The notes beneath the pieces are model-generated. The model saw nothing but the letters and a program-made list of their open reading frames with translations. It made no database searches and was not told the origin of the DNA. This document shows, one piece after another, positions 51,736 to 58,530 of a stretch of DNA of 64,000 nucleotides; the first letter of the stretch is position 1; every line of letters begins with the position of its first letter. The DNA is taken from assembly GCA_963784675.1 (NCBI GenBank), contig CAWASE010000019.1, positions 1,408-65,407 on the forward strand, read 5' to 3'. The position numbers and the translations under genes were made by a program. The stretch comes from an uncultured Actinomycetes bacterium. Its GTDB lineage: Bacteria > Actinomycetota > Actinomycetes > Mycobacteriales > SCTD01.

Positions 51736-53189
51736 CGCTTGGCGCGCAGGCCGGCCAGCTGTCCGGTGAAGATCGAGGTGGCGTTGCTGCCGTCGCCCCG
51801 CAGGCGGTTCATCGCCGCATGCTGGTCGTCGGTCATGGCGCCGCCGGCCTGGCACACGTTGCGCATCAGCTCTGACAGCGGGTCCTTGACGGTGGCTTTG
51901 GCCAGCCACGACGCGTCGATCGCCGCGGTGGTGGGCACCTTCTTCTTCTCGTCGAACTTCAGGATGTCGATGCCGGAGTGGTAGTCGATGGCCCAGACGT
52001 AGTCGGTGCCGGGGATCCAGTAGGCCTGCGAGGTGGAGCCGCGCACCGGCTGGTAGAAGCCGACCTGGCGGATCTTGCCGGTGCTTCGGGTCGACCTTCA
52101 GGAAGCGCGTGCCGTGCTCGTACCAGGCGGCGGCGACCAGGACCGAGCCGTCTTGGCCTTCTTCTCGGTGAACCAGTGGCCCGAGCAGCCCAGGCGCGTT
52201 CACGGCCGGGTCGCCGTCGGTGTAGGTGCCGCTGACCGGACGCAGGACGTCGAGCTGCTTCATCGGGACGCCCTTGTCGAAGCCGGCCATCGACCAGGTG
52301 CTGAACGCGCCGGCCCCGGTCTCGCAGGTGCCGGTGAAGTTCGTCTCGCCCTTGCCCAGCAGCAGCTCGCCGTCGCGCAGCGGCAGGCCCGCGCTCTCGC
52401 CGCCGGCCTTGCGGGGCTTGTACCGGTCGGCTCGGGGCGGATGTTGTTGTGCTGGTAGGCGGTGTTCTTGGTGATCTCGCCGGTGGTGAGCACCTTGAGC
52501 TTGAGCGGGTTGCCCTTGACCTGCTCGAAGACCACCAGCGGCGTCGGTGTCGGCGATCCAGACGCCGGCGTCGTCCTGGTGCAGGGCGTGGCCGCTGCTC
52601 GGCGCCGGTCAGCGCGCGCCAGGACTGCTCCTTCGGCAGCTCCACCGGGTTGCTGCGGTCGCGGATGTCGTAGGTGTTGCCCTCCGAGCCGAACAGGTAG
52701 TTGCACGGCCTGGTCGGCGCAGACCACGGTGTGGTCGCCGCCGAGCGGGATCGTGCCCTTGAGCACGCGGCAGCGTCGGGTCGCTGGTGTCGACGACGTG
52801 CAGGTAGAGCGTGCCCTCGAACTCGGTGAGGATCGCGGTCTTGCCGTCGGCGGAGACGGCGATGTCCTCGTTCTCCCAGTTGTAGATCGGGCAGGTGGCC
52901 GAGCAGCAGCGGCTGGCCGGGTCGGTGGCGTCGTAGATCGACAGCCCGGCCGCGCCGCTGACGTAGGCCCGGCGCTGCTTGCCGACCTTGACGATCTTCA
53001 TCGACACCGACGGCGCCGTCCAGCGGGACGGTGCCCGACGTGCGTCACGTTGTCGGAGATGAAGTCCGCGCCGGTGGCCGGCACGACCGGGCTGACGGGG
53101 ACGGTCGGCAGCACGCCTGCGGTCGCGATCCCCACGGACGCGAGCAGGACGGCGGCGCTGGCGAGCGCGAGGGCGGGACGACGGCGCAT
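51732..53189 (-). pseudogene. secreted beta-propeller protein with LVIVD-like repeats, broken by at least 7 frame switches
   Basis: ATG 53189. Signal peptide MRRRPALALASAAVLLASVGIATAG. Conserved-looking segments (KIVKVGKQRRAYVSGAAGLSIYDATDPA; LKGTIPLGGDHTVVCADQA; CNYLFGSEGNTYDIRDRSNPVELPKEQSW; PLVVFEQVKGNPLKLKVLTTGEITKNTAYQHNNIRP; ADRYKPRKAGGESAGLPLRDGELLLGKGETNFTGTCETGAGAFSTWSMAGFDKGVPMKQLDV; KIRQVGFYQPVRGSTSQAYWIPGTDYVWAIDYHSGIDILKFDEKK) alternate among all three frames. Breaks lie near 53035, 52765, 52705, 52595, 52545, 52435 and 52083. Family call is tentative. Confidence 0.55.
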
Positions 53190-53275
53190 GCGGGACGGCT
53201 CCAAGGAGGTCGAGGTTGTGCCCTTGTTCGACGCCGCGCCGCGCGGTTCCTGCCGCGCCTGGGAAGATCTGCGGC

Positions 53276-53746
53276 ATGCCGAAACGGAGCGCCGGACTGC
53301 TGCTCTACCGGCAGGTGCCGCACCTGGAGGTGCTGCTGGCCCATCCCGGTGGCCCGTTGCACGCCCGCAAGGACGTCTGGGGCGTGCCCAAGGGCGAGTA
53401 CGGCGACGACGAGCCCCCTCGCGACGCCGCCTACCGCGAGTGGTCCGAGGAGATCGGCCACCTGCCGCCGGCCGGCGAACCGCTCGACCTCGGTGAGATC
53501 GTCCAGAAGGGCGGCAAGCGGGTGCGGGCGTGGGCCTTGGCCGGTGACCTGGACGTCGCCACGGTCGTGAGCAACACCTTCGCGATGCGGTGGCAGGGCC
53601 GGCTCCAGGAGTTCCCGGAGATCGACCGCGCGCAGTGGTTCGACCTCGCCACGGCGCGCGGCAAGATCCTCCCGGCGCAGGAGCCGTTCCTGGACCGGCT
53701 CGGGGAGGTGCTGGCGATCCGGGACAGGGGCGGCCCTGGTGGCTGA
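53276..53746 (+). CDS. Nudix hydrolase
   Basis: ATG 53276. Intact Nudix box G-X5-E-X7-REUXEEXG read as GEYGDDEPPRDAAYREWSEEIG. 156 aa. Confidence 0.85.
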   Translation: MPKRSAGLLLYRQVPHLEVLLAHPGGPLHARKDVWGVPKGEYGDDEPPRDAAYREWSEEIGHLPPAGEPLDLGEIVQKGGKRVRAWALAGDLDVATVVSNTFAMRWQGRLQEFPEIDRAQWFDLATARGKILPAQEPFLDRLGEVLAIRDRGGPGG

Positions 53747-53779
53747 CACCGAGACCGGAGGGTCACCCGGCGGACCGCC

Positions 53780-54213
53780 TCAGTGACCCATGCCGTCGGG
53801 GCCGGGCTCGACCAGCTCGACCAGCACGCCCCCGCTGCTCTTGGGATGGATGAAGTTGACCCGGCTGCCGGCCGTGCCCGTTCTTCGGCTCGTCGTAGAG
53901 CAGCCGCATGCCCTGGCCGCGCAGGTGCGGCGCTGACCTCGTCGAGGTCGTCGACGCGGTAGGCCATCTGCTGGATGCCCGGGCCGTTCTTGTCCAGGAA
54001 CTTGCCGATGGTGCGTGTCCGGGCGACAGCGGCGACAGCAGCTGCACGAACGAGCCGGAGTCGCCGACCTCCATCATCGCCTCGCGAACGCCCTGCTCCT
54101 CGTTGACCTCCGCGTGCACGCAGCGCATGCCGTAAGCCGGTCTCGTAGATCGCGATGGCGGCGTCGAGGTCGGCGACGGCGATGCCGACGTGGTCGATGC
54201 GGGTGATCTTCAC
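53780..54213 (-). pseudogene. methylmalonyl-CoA epimerase (VOC/glyoxalase fold), broken by at least 4 frame switches
   Basis: GTG 54213 (GGAG 9 nt upstream). Segments VKITRIDHVGIAVADLDAAIAIYETG / MRCVHAEVNEEQGVREAMMEVGDSGSFVQLLSPLSP / TIGKFLDKNGPGIQQMAYRVDDLDEVSA / HLRGQGMRLLYDEPKNG / AGSRVNFIHPKSSGGVLVELVEPGPDGMGH lie in different frames. Breaks near 54133, 54017, 53929 and 53878. The length of 434 nt is not a multiple of 3. Confidence 0.75.
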
Positions 54214-54299
54214 GGGTGGGCTCCGTCGGGCGCCGACGGGGTGAGCGGGACGGTGCTCGTATCGTCGCAGGCACGCACCCATCGACCCTGGAGGACCCC

Positions 54300-55521
54300 G
54301 TGAGCAGCTCCGAGAACCCGTCCGTCATCGTCGCCGGCGCCCGCACGCCCATCGGCAAGCTCGCCGGGCGCCTTCAAGGACCTCACCGCCATGGACCTCG
54401 GCGGGGTCGCCATCAAGGGCGCGCTCGAGCGCTCCGGGATCACCGGCGACCAGGTCGACTACGTGATCATGGGCCACGTGCTGCAGGCCGGCCAGGGCCA
54501 GATCACGGCCCGTCAGGCCGCGGTCAAGGGCGGCATCGGCATGGACGTCCCGGCGCTGACCATCAACAAGGTCTGCCTGTCCGGCCTGGACGCGATCGCG
54601 CTGGCCGACCAGCTGATCCGCGCCGGTGAGGTCGAGGTCGTCGTCGCCGGTGGCATGGAGTCGATGACCAACGCGCCGTACCTGCTGCCCAAGGCCGCGC
54701 CAGGGCTACCGCTACGGCAACGCCGAGATCCTCGACGCGACCTTCCACGACGGCCTGTTCGACGCCTTCGACCGGGTGCCGATGGGCGAGGGCACCGAGC
54801 GCCACGACGGCCGAACTTCCCGGCCATCACCCGCGAGGAGCAGGACGAGTTCGCCGCCCGCAGCCACGAGCTCGCCGCCGCCGCGATCAAGGACGGCCGC
54901 TTCGCCGACGAGATCGTCCCGGTCGCGATCCCGCAGCGCAAGGGCGACCCGGTCGTCGTCACCGAGGACGAGGGCGTGCGCCCCGGCACCACCGCCGAGT
55001 CGCTCGGCAAGCTCGCGCCCGGCGTTCACCAAGGACGGCACGATCAGCGCCGGCAACGCCTCGCAGATCTCCGACGGCGCCGCCGCGGTCGTCGTCATGA
55101 GCAGGGCCAAGGCCGAGGCGCTCGGGCTGACCTGGCTCGCCGAGATCGGCGCGCACGGCATCGTCGCCGGCCCCGACAACTCCCTGCAGGAGCAGCCGGC
55201 CAACGCCATCAAGAAGGCGCTCGCGCAAGGACGGGCCTGACCGTCGACGACGTCGACCTGTTCGAGCTCAACGAGGCGTTCGCCGCCGTCGGGATCGCGT
55301 CCACCGCGCGCGCTCGGCGTCGACCCGGACAAGGTCAACGTCAACGGCGGCGCGATCGCGCTCGGCCACCCGATCGGCGCCTCCGGTGCCCGCGTCGTGC
55401 TGCACCTGGCGCACGAGCTCAAGCGCCGCGGCGGCGGCCTGGGTGCGGCCGCGCTGTGCGGCGGCGGCGGACAGGGCGACGCCCTGCTGCTGCGCGTGCC
55501 CGGCCGAGCCCGCACAGCTGA
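54300..55521 (+). pseudogene. acetyl-CoA acetyltransferase (thiolase), broken by at least 6 frame switches
   Basis: GGAGGA 5 nt upstream of GTG 54300. Segments VIVAGARTPIGKLAG / KDLTAMDLGGVAIKGAL...INKVCLSGLDAIALA...[16 protein letters not shown] / [18 protein letters not shown] / [36 protein letters not shown] / [27 protein letters not shown] / [18 protein letters not shown] / [28 protein letters not shown]...[12 protein letters not shown] alternate between frames. Breaks near 54367, 54699, 54810, 55021, 55231 and 55309. The 3' end is uncertain: the last frame has no stop before meaB. Confidence 0.8.
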
Positions 55522-55554
55522 CCGCCGCGCGGCACCGCCGGGCGCGGCCGGCGG

Positions 55555-56533
55555 GTGCTCGACGTCCCGACGCTGGTCGAGCAGGCCTGCGGCGGCGACC
55601 GCACCCACCGGCCGCGCCGTCGCCCGGCTGATCAGCCTGGTCGAGGACGCCAGCCCGGCGCTGCGCGAGGTCATGGCGCTGCTGGCGCCGCGGGCAGGTC
55701 ACGCGCGCGTGGTCGGCCTGACCGGTTCGCCCGGCGTCGGCAAGAGCACCTCCACCAACGCGCTGGTCGCGGCCTACCGTCGACGCGGCCTGCGGGTCGG
55801 CGTGCTCGCGGTCGACCCGAGCTCGCCGTTCTCCGGCGGCGCGCTGCTCGGCGACCGCGTCCGGATGCAGGACCACGCCCTGGACGAGGGCGTGTTCATC
55901 CGCTCGATGGCCTCCCGCGGGCACCTCGGCGGGCTATCCTGGGCGACCCCGCAGGCGCTGCGGGTGCTGTCCGCAGCCGGCTGCGACGTCGTGCTCGTCG
56001 AGACCGTGGGTGTAGGTCAGGCGGAAGTCGAGATCGCCTCGCTCGCGGACACCACGCTGGTGCTGCTGGCACCCGGCATGGGCGACGGGATCCAGGCGGC
56101 CAAGGCCGGGATCCTGGAGGTCGCCGACGTCTTCGTGGTCAACAAGGCCGACCGCGACGGCGCCGACACCGTCGTGCGCGACCTGCGCTACATGCTCAGC
56201 CTGGGAGGCACCCGCAAGGGAGCAGACAGCACGGACGACGGTTGGCGGGTGCCGATCCTCAAGACGATCGCGGCGAAGGGCGAGGGCGCCGACGACGTGG
56301 TCGACGCCATCGAGCGGCACGGCGCCTGGCTGGCCGAGACCGGCCGCCTCGCCCAGCGCCGCACCGACCGGGCCGCCGACGAGGTCGAGGCGATCGCGCT
56401 GACGACGCTGCGCGAGCGCCTCGGCGACCTGCGCACGGGCACGTCGCTGCGCGACCTGGCAGCCCGCGTGGCCGCGGGCGAGCTCGACCCCTACGCGGCC
56501 GCCGACGACCTGGTGGCCGCCGTCACCGGGTGA
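55555..56533 (+). CDS. meaB: MeaB/ArgK-type G-protein chaperone of B12 mutases (one frameshift near 55605 in the N-terminal helices)
   Basis: GTG 55555 gives [17 protein letters not shown]. The conserved continuation [17 protein letters not shown]...[12 protein letters not shown] (Walker A)...VVNKADRDG (NKxD) is in the next frame, with the junction at the accc-acc run 55603-55609. If the break is real, the first in-frame ATG is 55673. Confidence 0.8.
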
Positions 56534-56565
56534 GCGCCCCCGTGCCGGCAGCCACCATGCGACTC

Positions 56566-56683
56566 GCGGCTGCCGCCGCGGTCACTTCTTGGCGGCTGCC
56601 GCCGCAGTCACTTCCCTCGCGGCTGCCGCCGCGGTCACTTCCCTCGCGGCTGCCGCCGCGGTCACTTCTTTGCGGCTGCCGCC
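56566..56683. repeat. 4.5 copies of a 26/27-bp tandem repeat between convergent meaB and a small ORF
   Basis: Units gcggctgccgccgcggtcacttc(ttg|cctc|tttg) at 56566-56591 (26 nt), 56592-56618 (27), 56619-56645 (27) and 56646-56671 (26), plus a partial unit 56672-56683. Each unit contains the mini-hairpin gcggc-tgcc-gccgc. cggcagcc at 56546-56553 can pair with ggctgccg of any unit. Confidence 0.95.
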
Positions 56684-56781
56684 GAGACGGCCGTGCCCTG
56701 CGTCGGCGTCTGACCGCTGACCTTCTTGTTCTTGTCCGCCTTGGGCTTCTTGGCGGCGCGGCCGCCCTTGTCCTTGCTCAT
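56662..56781 (-). CDS. 39-aa lysine-rich small protein, unknown function
   Basis: ATG 56781 with GAGGAG 6 nt upstream. MSKDKGGRAAKKPKADKNKKVSGQTPTQGTAVSAAAAKK. The last codons and the stop lie inside the tandem repeat. Coding status is unproven. Confidence 0.45.
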   Translation of the reverse strand: MSKDKGGRAAKKPKADKNKKVSGQTPTQGTAVSAAAAKK

Positions 56782-56957
56782 GGCGTGCTCCTCGGGCTCG
56801 CGGAGCGACCGGCGGCGCCGGTTGTGCCCCGTCCGCACTCTCGCACGCCCCTTGGTCATCCGGCGAGCCCCCGCCGCCGACGGCAGCGCCCGCAGGCCGC
56901 AGCCCGGCGACGGTGCGAGACTTCAGCCATGGTCAAGAAGACGGGACGCGAGCCGTC

Positions 56958-57392
56958 GTGCTGAGCCGGCCCGCGCCGGACCCCGCGGCGCTGGACCTGC
57001 AGCGCCACCCTGAGGGCGGCTGGTTCCGCGAGACCTGGCGCGCCCCCGGCGTGGTCGAGACGCCGCACGGGCCGCGCTCACCTGCGACGTCGATCCACTA
57101 CCTGCTCGAGGCAGGACAGTCCTCGCGCTGGCACCGGGTCCGGTCCGGCGAGCTGTGGCTCTGGCAGGGCGGCGGCTCGCTGCTGCTGTACCTCGGCGGT
57201 ACCGAGCAGACCCCCGTGCCCGACCGCACGGTCGTGGTCGGACCCGACGGCGTCCTGCAGCATCTCGTCGAGCCGGGGCAGTGGCAGGCCGCGCAGCCGA
57301 TGGACACCGCGGTCCTGCTCGCCTGCGTGGTGGCGCCCGGCTTCGAGTTCGAGGACTTCGAGCTCGTCGACCAGCGTCCGGACGTCCCGTGA
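56958..57392 (+). CDS. cupin-fold protein (DUF985-like)
   Basis: LQRHPEGGWFRETWR ... TSIHYLL ... SRWHRVRSGELWLWQGG ... VAPGFEFEDFEL pattern. Start is GTG 56958 or GTG 56913. Confidence 0.65.
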   Translation: MLSRPAPDPAALDLQRHPEGGWFRETWRAPGVVETPHGPRSPATSIHYLLEAGQSSRWHRVRSGELWLWQGGGSLLLYLGGTEQTPVPDRTVVVGPDGVLQHLVEPGQWQAAQPMDTAVLLACVVAPGFEFEDFELVDQRPDVP

Positions 57393-57673
57393 TGACGGCC
57401 CTGCGCCGGGTGGCGCTCGCGGAGTCGATCTCGTTCGTCGTGCTGCTGCTGCTGGGCTCGGTCCTGAGCCGCGTGTCGAGCGTCAACCTGCTGCCGGTGC
57501 TCGGACCGTTGCACGGGGTGCTGTTCCTCGCGCTGGTCGGCCTGGTGCTGCTGCGTCGGACGGCGATGGGTTGGTCCTGGTGGTTCACCGCGGTCATGCT
57601 CACCATCGGCTCGCCGGGCGCCCACTTCGCCGTCCACGCCACGCCGGACGTCCTTCCCGCCCAGGCGGTCTGA
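57389..57673 (+). CDS. small membrane protein (DUF3817-like)
   Basis: GTG 57389/ATG 57392 overlaps the cupin stop. About 3 TM helices (AESISFVVLLLLGSVL, LGPLHGVLFLALVGLVLL, WWFTAVMLTIGSPG). 94 aa. Confidence 0.6.
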   Translation: MMTALRRVALAESISFVVLLLLGSVLSRVSSVNLLPVLGPLHGVLFLALVGLVLLRRTAMGWSWWFTAVMLTIGSPGAHFAVHATPDVLPAQAV

Positions 57674-57764
57674 CCCGGCGTCCAGGCTCAGCCGGGCCGC
57701 GGCCCGTCGGCAGTCAGCGCAGCAGGCGGCCCCTACGGGAGGCCTCTGGGATGTCGGGGGCAAG

Positions 57765-57781
57765 CGGTCGGGACCCGACCG
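57765..57781. promoter_or_regulatory. perfect 17-bp palindrome cggtcggg-a-cccgaccg upstream of the cox-like operon
   Basis: Read directly. Lies in the 324-nt gap between the DUF3817-like gene and coxS. Confidence 0.45.
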
Positions 57782-57819
57782 GTACGGGGCCCGCTGTTGC
57801 GTCTTGCGCCACCCGGGTT

Positions 57820-57868
57820 AGGGTCACGCTGTGACGCAGGTCATAGACGTGCGTCACGTGTAGACCCT
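57820..57868. promoter_or_regulatory. 49-bp imperfect inverted repeat (19-nt arms, 11-nt spacer) in a locally lower-GC stretch upstream of coxS
   Basis: agggtcacgctgtgacgca-ggtcatagacg-tgcgtcacgtgtagaccct. The outer 6 bp and inner 8 bp pair perfectly. It also contains the sub-palindrome gtcac-gct-gtgac. Confidence 0.45.
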
Positions 57869-57997
57869 GTTCCGTCCGCTCGTCGAGGCAGGCGTCAGGA
57901 GGGGCCCGGACCCGTCCCGCAAACTGGTCCGGGCGCTTCTCCGTCACCTCGATGACTGCGTGCGGGAACGTCCGCTGGAGCTCCGGAGAGGCGTCAG

Positions 57998-58530
57998 ATG
58001 CGCGTCAGCTTGAAGGTCGACGGTGTCACCTACACCGATGAGGTCGAACCCCGAACCCTGCTCACCCACCACCTGCGCGACGGCCTCGGCCGGGTCGGCA
58101 CCCCGATCGGTTGCGACACCCGCAACTGCGGCAGCTGCACGATCCGGCTCGACGGCGACAGCGTGAAGTCCTGCTCGGTGCTGGCGGTGCAGGCCGACGG
58201 CACGCGAGATCACCACCATCCAGGGCCTGGCCGACGGTGAGGGCGACGGCCCGCCGGCTGGCACCCGGTGCAGCGCGCCTTCCAGGAGCACCACGGCCTG
58301 CAGTGCGGCTACTGCACCCCGGGATGATCATGGCGACCGTGGACCTGCTCTCGCGCAACGCCAGCCCCACCGAGGACGAGGTGCGCCACGGGCTGGAGGG
58401 CAACCTCTGCCGCTGCACCGGTTATCAGAACATCGTCAAGGCCGTCCTCTCCGCCGCCTCCGAGCTGCGCGGAGACGGCCCGATCGCCGGTTCCTTCCAG
58501 GACGCCGACGCCGAGAAGGTGGACGCATGA
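57998..58530 (+). pseudogene. [2Fe-2S] small subunit of a CoxSLM/xanthine-dehydrogenase-family molybdoenzyme, 3 frame switches
   Basis: GGAGAGG upstream of ATG 57998. [17 protein letters not shown] (cluster I), then [13 protein letters not shown], then [21 protein letters not shown] and MIMATVDLL...[13 protein letters not shown] (cluster II) lie in shifted frames. Breaks near 58205 and 58250, and at GGG 58321-58323 where ccg-ggg-atg would be needed. Confidence 0.8.

Noticed and set aside
56566-56683. CRISPR array, considered for the 26/27-bp repeats here and for the rho repeats at 8084-8308.
   Set aside because: The units are directly adjacent with no spacers and there are no cas genes. The rho repeats are in-frame coding sequence.
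56662-56690. Programmed -1 frameshift or stop-codon readthrough extending the small lysine-rich ORF into the repeat.
   Set aside because: gca-aag-aag-tga is not a canonical X-XXY-YYZ slippery heptamer, and no downstream pseudoknot could be argued beyond the repeat mini-hairpins. It is kept only as a remark within the repeat finding.
57714-57947. 77-aa minus-strand ORF in the coxS upstream region.
   Set aside because: Poor GC3, no SD, no motif, and it is built across the palindromic elements. The region is more likely non-coding regulatory DNA.
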